Notes: generated from the letters alone by a model not told the origin. A DNA stretch of 64,000 nucleotides from an uncultured delta proteobacterium (GCA_963775425.1 CAVZJB010000011.1:160001-224000), one strand, 5' to 3'. Numbered from the stretch's first letter, positions 41,894 to 52,008 are shown. Numbers and translations are program-made.

Positions 41894-43129
41894 ATGAGCG
41901 GCGTCGGCGTCGGCTTCACGCTCCAGCCCGACGAGGAATTCCTCGCGCTGTGCGCGGCGCTCCTCGAGCACGCCGACTACGCCGAGCTCGCGCCGGAGAC
42001 CCTGTGGCGCCGCCGCGACGACGGCGCCTTCGTCGAAAACGGCTTCCACGTCGAGGTGGGCCGCATCGTCGACCGGGCCGGCGTCGCCGTGGTCTCCCAC
42101 GGCGTCGGCCTCTCCCTCGGCACCCTCGACGACGCCGACGAGCCGCGGCTGTCGGCGTGGCTCGCGCGCCTGGCGAAGGACGCCGCGCGCTTTCGCTTTC
42201 GCTGGGCCAGCGATCACCTCGGCGCCACCCACATCGGCGGCCTGCACCTGCAGCTCCCCGTGCCGGTGCCGATGACCGCCGCGCACGCCGCGGCCACCCG
42301 GCGCAGGCTCGCGCGCCTCGCCGCCGCCGTCGGCGCGCCCGCCGCCGTCGAGACCACCGCCAACCACTTCGTCCTCGGCGATCCCCTCGACGAGCCCGCG
42401 TTCGTCGCCGCGTGCACCGAGGGCGCCGGCGTCGTGCTCGACCTGCACAACGTCTGGACCATGGCGCAGAACCTCGGCTTCGACGTCGACGCGTACCTGT
42501 CGCGGCTGCCCCTCGATCGCGTCGTCGAGATCCACGTCTCGGGCGGCTCCGAGAGCGATCCGCGCTGGCTCCCGAGCGGGCGCAGCGTGCGCCTCGACAG
42601 CCACGACGGCGCCGTCCCCGAGGCGGTCTGGTCGCTCCTCGCCGCCTGGGCGCCGCGCTGCCCGCGCCTGCAGGGCGTCACGCTCGAGCGCATGGAGGGC
42701 ACCGTCGACGACGACACCGTCCCCTTGCTGCGCGAAGAGCTCGCCCGCGTCCGCAAGCTCGTCGACACGCTGGCGGCGGCCGCGCTCCCACCCGTCGCCG
42801 ACAACCGGCCGGCTGCCGCGAGCGTGCAGGTGGCTCGCCCGCGCTCGCTCGACGAGAGGGCGTACGCCGAGGCGCTGTGCGCGAGCGACCCCGCGGCCGC
42901 GCTCACGGCGCTCGGCGCCGTCGTCGACGAAGACGGCGCGCGCGTCACCGGTCTGCTCGTCGCCAAGCTGCGCTTCGAGCGCGTCATCCAGGGCTCGCGC
43001 GCCGCCGCGGCGCGCTTCCACGAAGATCCCGCCGGCTTCGCCGCCGCCTTCCGCCGCTACCACGCCGCCGTCGCGCCCACCGCGCTCACGCCCGCCGAAG
43101 AAGCCGCCGCGTTCCTCGGGTTCGCGTGA
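41894..43129 (+). CDS. DUF692-family multinuclear non-heme iron enzyme (MNIO) with fused C-terminal helical domain
   Basis: SHGVGLSLG, SDHL, VET, LDLHNV, EIHVSG, LDSHD, TLER; about 110-aa C-terminal extension. Confidence 0.88.
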   Translation: MSGVGVGFTLQPDEEFLALCAALLEHADYAELAPETLWRRRDDGAFVENGFHVEVGRIVDRAGVAVVSHGVGLSLGTLDDADEPRLSAWLARLAKDAARFRFRWASDHLGATHIGGLHLQLPVPVPMTAAHAAATRRRLARLAAAVGAPAAVETTANHFVLGDPLDEPAFVAACTEGAGVVLDLHNVWTMAQNLGFDVDAYLSRLPLDRVVEIHVSGGSESDPRWLPSGRSVRLDSHDGAVPEAVWSLLAAWAPRCPRLQGVTLERMEGTVDDDTVPLLREELARVRKLVDTLAAAALPPVADNRPAAASVQVARPRSLDERAYAEALCASDPAAALTALGAVVDEDGARVTGLLVAKLRFERVIQGSRAAAARFHEDPAGFAAAFRRYHAAVAPTALTPAEEAAAFLGFA

Positions 43130-43171
43130 GCGGCGCGAAAGACACCCCGGGCGGGCGTTGCGGGTTCGCGC

Positions 43172-44566
43172 TTGGCGGGCGAGAACGTCTCCGTGCGCAA
43201 CGACGGCGACGTCCACATCCGCTGCCCGATCCACGGGACGCTCCTGGTGAGCACCCGCGAGATCAAGCTCATCGATCACCCCTACTTCCAGAGGCTGCGG
43301 AACATCAAGCAGCTCGGCTTCGCCGACCTCGCCTTCCCCGGCGCCACGCACACACGCTACAGCCACTCGCTCGGCGCGATGCACGTCGCCACGCGGCTGT
43401 TCGATCGCCTCTTTCCACCGCGCGCCCTGGGGCACGAGGGCCCCGGCGCCGATCTGCCGGAGCGGGTGCGTGCGCGGTTCCGGCAGGCGGCGCGCCTGGC
43501 CATGCTCTTTCACGACCTCGGGCACGCGCCGCTGTCGCACACCACCGAGATGCTCATGCCGTCGGTGGGCGAGCTCGGCCTCGGCACCTTCGCCGGCGTC
43601 GACGTCACCCGCGCCGCCACCCACGAGGACTACACGCTCAAGATCGTCCTCGACAGCTCGCTCGGCGAGCTCATCCGCGAGCTGTTCGACGACGACGGCA
43701 TCATGCCGCAGGACGTCGCCGAGCTCATCGCGGGCGCCACGTGGCAGGGACAGAGCGCCCGGTATCGCCACGGCGGCGTCGACTACTCCCCGGTGCTCCG
43801 CCAGATCGTCTCGTCGGAGTGCGACGCCGATCGCATGGACTACCTCCAGAGGGACTCCTTCTACTCGGGCGTCAACTACGGGCGCTTCGACGCCGACTGG
43901 CTCATCGACAACGTCACCACAGTCGAGAAGCAGGGCGCCGTCTATCTCGGCATCAAGTCACGCGCGATCTTCTCGTTCGAGGACTTCCTGCTGTCGCGCT
44001 ACCACATGTTCGCGACGGTCTACCTGCACTACACGCCGGTGATCTTCGAGAAGATGCTCGCGCGCTACTTCGAGCAGGCGCGCGGCGAGTTCGATCTCCC
44101 CGCGGACATCGATCGCTACTGCGCCATCGACGACGTCGACCTCTGGGCCGCGCTACGCAAGTCCAAGAACCCGTGGGCGCGCCGCGTGGTGGAGCGCAAG
44201 CCGTTCGTCCTGCTCGACGAGAAGAACGAGGGCCACCAACAGGTCGGCAGCGGCGTCTCCCACGACGAGCTCGCGGAGCGCCTCGGCGCAAAGAGCATCG
44301 AGTACATCCACACCCGCTCGCGCAGCGTGCTCTCCAAGTACTTCCACACCGCCAACAAGAGCCCCATCTTCGTCACCAGCTCGTCGGGGACGCCGGTGTC
44401 GCTCGAGGAGTACACGCCGCTGTACGCGCGCTACGCCAACCCCGCGCTCCTCGAGCGCGTGTTCGTCGATCCGGCGCAGCGGGTCGAGGCGCGGCAGGTG
44501 TTCGCCGAGCTCGTCGAGCAGCGGGAAAAGCGCGAGCTCCCCACCGCGCCGGGCGCGGACGCTTGA
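43172..44566 (+). CDS. HD-superfamily phosphohydrolase (SAMHD1-like dNTPase family)
   Basis: PIHG, FQRLRNIKQLG, ATHTRYSHSLG, HDLGHAPLSH, HE, DADRMDYLQRD. Confidence 0.92.
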   Translation: MAGENVSVRNDGDVHIRCPIHGTLLVSTREIKLIDHPYFQRLRNIKQLGFADLAFPGATHTRYSHSLGAMHVATRLFDRLFPPRALGHEGPGADLPERVRARFRQAARLAMLFHDLGHAPLSHTTEMLMPSVGELGLGTFAGVDVTRAATHEDYTLKIVLDSSLGELIRELFDDDGIMPQDVAELIAGATWQGQSARYRHGGVDYSPVLRQIVSSECDADRMDYLQRDSFYSGVNYGRFDADWLIDNVTTVEKQGAVYLGIKSRAIFSFEDFLLSRYHMFATVYLHYTPVIFEKMLARYFEQARGEFDLPADIDRYCAIDDVDLWAALRKSKNPWARRVVERKPFVLLDEKNEGHQQVGSGVSHDELAERLGAKSIEYIHTRSRSVLSKYFHTANKSPIFVTSSSGTPVSLEEYTPLYARYANPALLERVFVDPAQRVEARQVFAELVEQREKRELPTAPGADA

Positions 44567-44615
44567 TGGTGCGCGGCCGCCGTCGCCGGTTGGCGAGCGC
44601 GCCCGGGGCCGGGCG

Positions 44616-46937
44616 GTGATCGCCGGCGAGACGTTCGCCGGCAAGTACGTCCTCGAGCGCCCGCTCGGCAGCGGCGGCATGGGCACGGTGTGGATCGCTG
44701 AGCAACGCCCGCTGTCGCGCAAGGTGGCGCTGAAGGTGCTCAAGCAGGTGCGGGCCGGCGCGGAGGCGCGCTTCCTGCGCGAGATGCAGGCGCTCGGCCG
44801 CATCTCCAATCCGCACGTCGTCACCGTCTACGACTCCGGCAGCGCCGACGACGGCACGCTCTACATCGCCATGGAGCTCGTCGACGGGCCCACGCTGCGC
44901 GAAGAGCTCCACGCGCGCGGGCGGATGACGCCGGCGCAGTCACTCGACGTCGTCCGCGAGATCGCCGCCGGGCTCGCGGCGGCGCACGCGCAAAACGTCG
45001 CACACTTCGATCTCAAGCCCGAAAACGTCGTCCTGCAGCGCACGTCGCGGGGGCGTACCTGCAAGATCCTCGACTTCGGCGTCGCCCGCATGCTCGACCC
45101 GGGCCCCGACGTGCTCGCCGGCGAGCCGGGCGCCGCCACCGCGGAGCAGACCGTCACCGAGGAGGGGACGGCGGTCGGCACCGTCGGCTACATGAGCCCG
45201 GAGCAGCTCCGCGGCGTGCGTGACGATCCGCGCAGCGACCTCTACGCGCTCGGCGTCATCTGGTTCGAGCTGCTCACCGGTCGCGGGCCCTTCGGGGGCA
45301 AGACCGGCGCCGAGCTCGCCATGGAGCACATGGTGAAGCCGCCGCCGCGCGCGAGCGAGCTCGCGCCCTCGGCGGTGCCCGCCGAGATCGAGGCCATCCT
45401 CGCTCGGCTCCTCGCCAAGGACCCGGCCAATCGCCCAGAGACCGCCGCCGCCCTCGTCGACGCCCTTGCCTCGCTCTCCGTGTCGTCGTCGGCGGCCACG
45501 GCCACCTCCACCGTCGCCGCGCCGCTCGTGTCGTCGACGGCGCCCACCGCGCCCACCGTGACCGCCGCGCGCGTGGCGCCGGTGCCGGCGCGGTCGTCGC
45601 GGCCGAGGGTGGCGGCGCTGCTCGCGATCGTCGTGGGTGTCGTCGTCGCGCTCGTCGCCGGCGTCGTCATCACGCGGGGGGGCGGCGGGAGCGGGAGCGC
45701 CGCCAGCGCGCCGCCGACGCCGGCGGGCGACGGCCGCAAGCGGATCGCCGTGCTCTCGCTCGTCGACACGGCGCAAGATCCTCAGCTCGGCGCCATCGCC
45801 GCCGACGCGCTCGCGAGCTCCCTCGCGGGGCTCGACGGCGCGCGCATCGTGTCGCCGCTGCGGGTGGCGCGCGCAGAGCGAGACGCCAAGGGCGACCCGC
45901 TCGAGGCGGTGGGCCGGCTCGGCGTCGACATCGCCGTCACGGGGCAGGTCAACCACCCCGGCGACGGGGTGAGCGTGGTGGTGAGCCTGAACGACATGGC
46001 GACGGGCGACCTCGTCGAGGGTGGCCGCTCGCCGAGCGCCGCGGACGTCGGCGCGGCGGTGCGGAAGGTCCTCCCGGCGGTGCGCGCGTCGCTCACGCGC
46101 TTGCTGCCGGCGCAGGAGAAGCGCGGCGTGTCGGAGGAGATGCGAAAGACCGCGCGCGCCGACGGCCCCACGGTCGCGGAATCGACGCCGGGCCTCACGG
46201 ACCCGATCGCACAAAGCGGTCCGCTGGCCGCGGTCGAGGTGGCCCACAAGACGCCTGAGCAAGCCAACGGAGCGAAGAACGAAGCGGTGAGCCGACTGCA
46301 GAAGCACCGGGCGCCTCCACCGGGGAGCCCCGGGAAGGTGGGCGATCCCCTCCCGCCGTCGAGCACCTTCGTGCCCACCGTGCCGGAGGCCTACCGCCAC
46401 TACATGAACGCGTTCGAGCTCCTCGAAAGCGACCTCGCGGGCACGCAGCGGGAGCTCGAGCTCGCGACGCAGCTCGACCCCGCGTGCAGCACGCTGTGGG
46501 TGCACCTCGCGCTCATCCGCGCCGGCCGCCAAGGCGTCGACGACCCCGGCGTCAAGGAGGCGCTCGCCCACGTCAGCGGCGCGCTCTCCTTGCGCGAGCG
46601 GAACGTCTACGACGTGCTCACCGCCCTCGTCGCCCACCAGGCCGCGCTCGCCGTCGCGCGCGCCGCCCGCTTCACCGAGACCTCTCCCGACGAGCCCATG
46701 GCCTTCGTCCTGCTCGCCAGCGCGCGCGCCGCGGACCACGACGTCGCCGGCGCCGTCGACGCGGTGAAGATCGCGCGCAGCCTCGACCCCGATATGTCGT
46801 TTTCGGCGGGCATGCTGATGGACCTCTACGCGTCCACGGGCAAGGTCGACGACGCCCGCCGCGTGGCGCGCGACTTCTTGAAGCGGCACCCCGCCAACGC
46901 CGACGTCGCCCGGCACATGTCCACGCTCGCGCCCTGA
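44616..46937 (+). CDS. Membrane Ser/Thr kinase (non-RD) with TolB-N-like and TPR-like C-terminal domains
   Basis: LGSGGMG, VALK, HFDLKPEN, DFG, YMSPE; TM; RIAVL; VPEAYRHY helical repeats. Confidence 0.9.
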   Translation: MIAGETFAGKYVLERPLGSGGMGTVWIAEQRPLSRKVALKVLKQVRAGAEARFLREMQALGRISNPHVVTVYDSGSADDGTLYIAMELVDGPTLREELHARGRMTPAQSLDVVREIAAGLAAAHAQNVAHFDLKPENVVLQRTSRGRTCKILDFGVARMLDPGPDVLAGEPGAATAEQTVTEEGTAVGTVGYMSPEQLRGVRDDPRSDLYALGVIWFELLTGRGPFGGKTGAELAMEHMVKPPPRASELAPSAVPAEIEAILARLLAKDPANRPETAAALVDALASLSVSSSAATATSTVAAPLVSSTAPTAPTVTAARVAPVPARSSRPRVAALLAIVVGVVVALVAGVVITRGGGGSGSAASAPPTPAGDGRKRIAVLSLVDTAQDPQLGAIAADALASSLAGLDGARIVSPLRVARAERDAKGDPLEAVGRLGVDIAVTGQVNHPGDGVSVVVSLNDMATGDLVEGGRSPSAADVGAAVRKVLPAVRASLTRLLPAQEKRGVSEEMRKTARADGPTVAESTPGLTDPIAQSGPLAAVEVAHKTPEQANGAKNEAVSRLQKHRAPPPGSPGKVGDPLPPSSTFVPTVPEAYRHYMNAFELLESDLAGTQRELELATQLDPACSTLWVHLALIRAGRQGVDDPGVKEALAHVSGALSLRERNVYDVLTALVAHQAALAVARAARFTETSPDEPMAFVLLASARAADHDVAGAVDAVKIARSLDPDMSFSAGMLMDLYASTGKVDDARRVARDFLKRHPANADVARHMSTLAP

Positions 46938-46947
46938 CCGGCTCCGC

Positions 46948-48033
46948 TCACCAGCGCAGGTGGCGCGTCAGCGCGGCGGCCACCGTGTCCGCGAGCCGCT
47001 GCTGCATGCGCGGGCCGGGGTGCCAGACGCAGCCGAGGCCGAGCGCGTCGTCGCGCGCGGGCAGCTTCGCCCACGCGAGCCTGCCGTCGCCGCGCTTGTG
47101 CACCACCGCGTTCATCCAGGTGGGCGCCACGGTGGCGACGGGATCCTTCGGGCTCTTGCTCAAAGGCATCGGCGACAGCAGCAGGATGAAGGCGCGCGGC
47201 GAGCGCCGGCGGATCTCGTCGAGGAGCGCGTGCATGGCGGCCATGAAGCGGCCGCGGTCGGGGACGCCCTCGAGGAAGTCGTTGTTGCCGAGCTCCACGA
47301 CCACCACGTCGTCGACGTTCGCCCGCGACGACAGCGGCGGGGTCTTTGCGTACAGCGCGGGCACGCTCTCGACGTCGGTCCTGCCGTCGAAGTCGCGGTA
47401 GACGCCGCGCCCCGACCACGCGACCACGGCGAGGTCGGCGCGAAAGCGCCGGGCGACGAGCGCGGGGAAGGCGCGGGTGGCGTCCTCGGTGTCGGCCGAG
47501 AACGGGCAGTCCGGGCCCTTGCCGAGCACGCCGAAGCCGGCGGCGAGCGAGTCCCCGATGACCTCCACCCGCCTCCTCTTCGGCCCGAGCGGACCGGGGG
47601 CCACCAGCGCCGCGCCGTCGTCGAGGACGAGGGCCTTCACGACGGTGGTGCCCACGAGCGGCTCGGTGCGCTTGACGAGCGAGAGCGTGTGGACCCCGGG
47701 CTTCAAGCCGCGCGCGACGACGACGGCGCCGGCGCCGCGCGGCATCGACAGCTCGCTGCGCGCGCCGTCGACGAACGCGGCGAAGCAATCCGTCCCCGCC
47801 TGCGCCCGCTCCCCCGGTCTCGGGTGCTCGATGGGCTCGGGCGGCGCCGGGCGCTCCTCCACCTCGAGCGAGAGCGAGGTGCCGGTGAAGCGCGCGCGCA
47901 GCGCGCCGGCGGACCAGGAGAGCACGACGGCGTCGCCGGCCGTTTCGCGGCGCCCGACGACGACGACGTGCGCGTCGGTGGCGGGGACGCGCACGCTCGC
48001 GGCGACAGCAAAGAGCAACAGCACGGGCGTCAC
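46948..48033 (-). CDS. Secreted SGNH/GDSL esterase (CE2-like)
   Basis: IGDSLAAGFG, AWSGRG, LGNNDF, GCVWHP; HTLSLVKRTE N-terminal domain. Confidence 0.88.
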   Translation of the reverse strand: MTPVLLLFAVAASVRVPATDAHVVVVGRRETAGDAVVLSWSAGALRARFTGTSLSLEVEERPAPPEPIEHPRPGERAQAGTDCFAAFVDGARSELSMPRGAGAVVVARGLKPGVHTLSLVKRTEPLVGTTVVKALVLDDGAALVAPGPLGPKRRRVEVIGDSLAAGFGVLGKGPDCPFSADTEDATRAFPALVARRFRADLAVVAWSGRGVYRDFDGRTDVESVPALYAKTPPLSSRANVDDVVVVELGNNDFLEGVPDRGRFMAAMHALLDEIRRRSPRAFILLLSPMPLSKSPKDPVATVAPTWMNAVVHKRGDGRLAWAKLPARDDALGLGCVWHPGPRMQQRLADTVAAALTRHLRW

Positions 48034-48144
48034 GCGCGCACAGTAGCGCGAGCCGTCGGCCCGGGAGCGCGAGGACGCTCGTCAGGGTGGCGTCGCCGGC
48101 ACGCGCGGTCGTCCCCGGCGCCGGCGGTGCGAGGCGGGCCGGCG

Positions 48145-49539
48145 TCACTGCGGCGCCAGCACCAGATCAAACGAGCAGCCGACGACGACGTCGTCGTCGG
48201 CGACCGGAACGCCGCCGTGAAAGCGCGGGCCGTGCAGCCAGCGCGCGTAGACGGACAACGGCGGCGCCACCTGCCACGCCGCGTCGGCGACGACCAGGGT
48301 GCGATCGCCGAAGGCGAGCAGATCGACGGGCCGCGCGACGGCCCGCTGCAGCGCGCGCACGTCGACGCGCACGCTGCCCGCGTCCACCTCGAGGAACCCC
48401 TCCACGCGCGTGGCCTCGGGCACGGCGTCCACGTGCGCCCGCGCGCCGGCGCGCACGACCCGCATGACCACGAGCTCCGCCTCGACCGCGCCGCCCGCGC
48501 CGCCGGGGGCCGCGAGGTCCGCGACGCCGCTGTCGGAGAAGCCGCCGGCGGCGAGGGCGTAGCGGCGGCGGTCGACGTCGTAGAGCGTGTCGAAGATCCC
48601 GGTTCGATGGCCGGGGCCGTCGAAGAAGCCGCGCACGCCCGCGCGGGCGGCGGCGAACGCGACGTCGAGGGAGACGTCGAGGCCCGCCTGCGCGCCGGCG
48701 CCGAGCGCGGCGCCGCCGAGGCCCGTGGTCGACGAGGCGGAGGCGAACGGCGTCACCTGCAGGGCGCCGTCGTCGAGGAGCGCCCAGGTGGCGTCCACCG
48801 CGGCGCCGCCCACGGGGCGGGACTTGGAGCCGGGCACGACGTCGCCGGCGGCGCCGGTGGCGCCGGGGCCGGTGGGGGCGACGGCGTCGCCGGCGACCTC
48901 GAAGCCGAGGCGCAGCCGGCCGAGGAGGCGATCGAAGACGTCGCCGTCGTCGCGCGCGCCGGCGGCGGGCCGGTGAAACAGCGGCGACGTCGAGACGCGC
49001 GCGCCGAACACCCGCTGCGGCGCGAGGAAGTCGCCCGCCAACGCCTGGATCTCGGTGGCGCCCCAGGGGAGGTCGCCTTGCAGGTACAGGCCCGAGCGGC
49101 GGTGATCCCAGTCGGAGGCGTTCGTGTATTCGTCGACGAGGGCGCCGTGGCCGAGGGTGGCGAACAGGCCGCCGGCCTTCAGGTGGAACGCGTCGCCGGG
49201 GTGAAAGAGCCGCACCTCCTCGACAATCTTGCCGAGCGCGTCCGCCGACGGCGCCCCCGCCTCCAGCCACTCCTCGCAGCGCACCAGCTTGCAGGCGGCG
49301 GGGCCCGCGGGATCCACGGGCGGGGCGAGGTCGATGAGCCGCAGCGTGAGCGGCAGCGAGAGGTGCGCGGCGAACGGCTCGGTCTCGACGCCGACGCCGA
49401 CGCCGACGCCCGCGACGACGTCGCCGCCGACGGCGCCGGCGTCCACGGACGCGTGCAGCCACACGCCCTCGGGCGGCGCCTCGGCCACCGCGTAGCCGGC
49501 GCCGGCGACGAAGGAGACCAGGGCGAGCGCCGCGCTCAT
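48145..49539 (-). CDS. Hypothetical exported protein, probable beta-barrel
   Basis: Signal peptide; TLGHGALVDEY; amphipathic strands. Confidence 0.6.
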   Translation of the reverse strand: MSAALALVSFVAGAGYAVAEAPPEGVWLHASVDAGAVGGDVVAGVGVGVGVETEPFAAHLSLPLTLRLIDLAPPVDPAGPAACKLVRCEEWLEAGAPSADALGKIVEEVRLFHPGDAFHLKAGGLFATLGHGALVDEYTNASDWDHRRSGLYLQGDLPWGATEIQALAGDFLAPQRVFGARVSTSPLFHRPAAGARDDGDVFDRLLGRLRLGFEVAGDAVAPTGPGATGAAGDVVPGSKSRPVGGAAVDATWALLDDGALQVTPFASASSTTGLGGAALGAGAQAGLDVSLDVAFAAARAGVRGFFDGPGHRTGIFDTLYDVDRRRYALAAGGFSDSGVADLAAPGGAGGAVEAELVVMRVVRAGARAHVDAVPEATRVEGFLEVDAGSVRVDVRALQRAVARPVDLLAFGDRTLVVADAAWQVAPPLSVYARWLHGPRFHGGVPVADDDVVVGCSFDLVLAPQ

Positions 49540-49612
49540 GCGAGCGATCTTCTCGTCCCGGATCGCGCGGGTCGAGTTTCCGTCCGTCCTGCGCGCCCGT
49601 CCGGGCGACGGC

Positions 49613-50512
49613 TCAGGTCGAGCTGGTGTGCAGGGCGGCGAAGGAAGCGGCGCCGTTTCGCTCGAGCTCCAGCGCGGCCACGTGCGCCGGCTTCTGCGAC
49701 GAGCCGACGTTCACCTTCACGAGCCTGGGGTTGTCGAGGAGCGAGAGCTCCTCGCCGAGCTGCTCGAGCCGCTGCAGCGACACCGACGTCAGGGCGGCGT
49801 TGTCGTGCACGTGGAGGTAGAGGCCGCCCTTCTCGAACGCGGGCAGGTTGATCTCGGTGAGGCGGGGGTTGCCCTCGATGATCAGGGCGGCGTCGAGCTG
49901 TTTGAGCCTCGGCAGCGACAGGCGCGTGAGCGTGGTGTTGAAGCCGATGTAGATGCCCTTGGCGCGCTCGAGGCTGTCGAGCCCGTCGAGCACCGAGACC
50001 GCGGCGTTCCCCTCGATGACGAGCCGGCCGCCGAGCTCGACCAGCGACTTGAGCGCCAGGAAGTCCATGCTCCTGGCGGCGCTCTCCTGGACCACGAGGT
50101 CGCCGGTGATGCGCGCGACGCCGTCGAGCTTGTGCAGCCCCCCGGCGCTCTCGACCGTGACGTTGCCGTCGATGATCCGCCCGAGAGGCGTGTCCTTGAC
50201 GCGCACGCCGTCCTTGGGCGCAGCCTTGATGAGGCCTTCGGTCCCCTTGACCCCGAGCGCGGCCAGGCGCGCCTTGATGCCGGCGCCGCGGACGACCTCG
50301 ACGTGCTGATCCGGCAGGTCGTCCTTGCCAATCGTGGGGGCGCCCGGGTCGAAGACGCCGCCCTTGCCCTCGTCGAGCTCGGACCTGACTTCGCTGATTT
50401 CCCGTTTGTTCTCGGCAGGATCCGCCGTTTTTGTGCCACGGAAAGGGAGGATCCGGCCGCCCTTTTGCAGCTTGCCGGGATCGTTGCCCTTGGGTCCGCC
50501 CACGTTGGCCAT
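49613..50512 (-). CDS. Receptor-L-domain/LRR-like repeat protein without signal peptide
   Basis: LxxLGGxLxIxGNxxL repeats. Confidence 0.75.
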   Translation of the reverse strand: MANVGGPKGNDPGKLQKGGRILPFRGTKTADPAENKREISEVRSELDEGKGGVFDPGAPTIGKDDLPDQHVEVVRGAGIKARLAALGVKGTEGLIKAAPKDGVRVKDTPLGRIIDGNVTVESAGGLHKLDGVARITGDLVVQESAARSMDFLALKSLVELGGRLVIEGNAAVSVLDGLDSLERAKGIYIGFNTTLTRLSLPRLKQLDAALIIEGNPRLTEINLPAFEKGGLYLHVHDNAALTSVSLQRLEQLGEELSLLDNPRLVKVNVGSSQKPAHVAALELERNGAASFAALHTSST

Positions 50513-50592
50513 CTGGACATTCTAGCCGTCGACGGCGGTTTTTGGCGCCGTGTGGCGTAGACGCCGACCCGGCCTCTGGTAGCGTCCCCGCC

Positions 50593-51003
50593 ATGAAGCG
50601 CGCCCTCGTGCTCCTCTCCGTCGCCGCCGCCCTCGCGGTCGTCGCGGGCTGCTCCCCCACCGGGGCGTTCTGCCAGGCGCAGAGCGACTGCGACGCCTTC
50701 GCGGCGCAGTTCCCCCTCGGCCTCGATCAGGTCGGTGAGAGCGACGACTCGGTCGGCGTCTGCATCGCCGACAACGACGGCTTCCTGCGCGAGCTGCGGG
50801 CCAACGAGGAGTCGCAGTGCCAGGACTGGGCGGACGCGTGGGAGGCCTACATGGCCTGCGTCGCCCAGGAGTACGGCGGCGATCCCGACAAGGCCTGCGA
50901 TCCGCTGCTGCGCGGCAGCGACAACCCGTGCCACAGCGAGCTGCGCGACGTCGACAACGCCATCCAGGACGCCGGTAACCGCTGCAGCCCGGACGAGACC
51001 TGA
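50593..51003 (+). CDS. Small Cys-rich acidic lipoprotein
   Basis: MKRALVLL...VAGC; C-x5-C...LRANEESQCQ. Confidence 0.8.
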   Translation: MKRALVLLSVAAALAVVAGCSPTGAFCQAQSDCDAFAAQFPLGLDQVGESDDSVGVCIADNDGFLRELRANEESQCQDWADAWEAYMACVAQEYGGDPDKACDPLLRGSDNPCHSELRDVDNAIQDAGNRCSPDET

Positions 51004-51014
51004 GAGGTGCACGC

Positions 51015-51383
51015 ATGAGCATCACGAGAGCCCTCGCTCCCCTCGCGCTCGCCGCCCTCCTCACGGGGGTGATCGGCTGCACCGCCCAGGCCATCTGCGC
51101 CAAGGAGCAGGAGTGCAACGACAAGCGCCAGGACGACGACCCCGCCGTCTGCGCCGAGGCCTTCAACCGCACCATCGACACCCTCCGCGCCAACAAGGAG
51201 GAGGAGTGTCAGACGCTCGCGGACGCCACGCTCGCCCTCGCGGCGTGCAAGGCCTCGCTCGACTGCGACGACTTCGAGGAGGCCGACCTCGGCCAGAAGT
51301 GCGACCAGGAGCAGAAGGACTTCCAGCACGCGGAGGAGGACGCCGTCAGCGGCGGCCAATTCCAGTGCGGCAGCGAAGACTAA
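51015..51383 (+). CDS. Small Cys-rich acidic lipoprotein, paralog of the upstream gene
   Basis: VIGC lipobox; C-x5-C...LRANKEEECQ. Confidence 0.8.
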   Translation: MSITRALAPLALAALLTGVIGCTAQAICAKEQECNDKRQDDDPAVCAEAFNRTIDTLRANKEEECQTLADATLALAACKASLDCDDFEEADLGQKCDQEQKDFQHAEEDAVSGGQFQCGSED

Positions 51384-51399
51384 TCGTTAAGGGACGCGG

Positions 51400-52008
51400 A
51401 TGAGCTACAGCCCCATCGTCATCGAACAGACCGCGCGCGGCGAGCGCGAGTACGACATCTGGTCGCGGCTCCTCAAGGACCGCATCGTCTTCCTCGGGCG
51501 CGCCATCGACGACAACCTGGCGAACCTCATCGTCGCGCAGCTCCTCTACCTCGAGGCCGAGGACGCGGAGAAGGACGTCATCCTCTACATGAACTCGCCG
51601 GGCGGCTCGGTGACGGCGGGCTTGGCCATCTACGACGCCATGCAATACATCCGCTGCCCGGTGCAGACCGTGTGCGTGGGCCAGTGCGCGTCCATGGCGG
51701 CGGTGCTGCTCGCCGCGGGCACCAAGGGCAAGCGCCACATCCTCCCGCACAGCCGCGTGATGATCCACCAGCCCCACGGCGGCGCCGGCGGCACGTCGGC
51801 GGACATCGAGATCCAGGCCAAGGAGATCATGAAGCTCAAGCGGCGGCTCAACGAGCTGCTCGCCAAGCACACGGGCAAACCGCTCGAGGTGGTCGAGAAG
51901 GACACGGACCGCGACTACTTCATGAGCGCCGAAGAGGCCATCGCCTACGGCCTCGTCGACAAGTCGGTGTCGCGCAACCAGGCGACGGCCAAGGTGAGCG
52001 AAACATGA
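51400..52008 (+). CDS. clpP: Clp protease proteolytic subunit (copy 1)
   Basis: [31 protein letters not shown]. Confidence 0.97.
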   Translation: MSYSPIVIEQTARGEREYDIWSRLLKDRIVFLGRAIDDNLANLIVAQLLYLEAEDAEKDVILYMNSPGGSVTAGLAIYDAMQYIRCPVQTVCVGQCASMAAVLLAAGTKGKRHILPHSRVMIHQPHGGAGGTSADIEIQAKEIMKLKRRLNELLAKHTGKPLEVVEKDTDRDYFMSAEEAIAYGLVDKSVSRNQATAKVSET

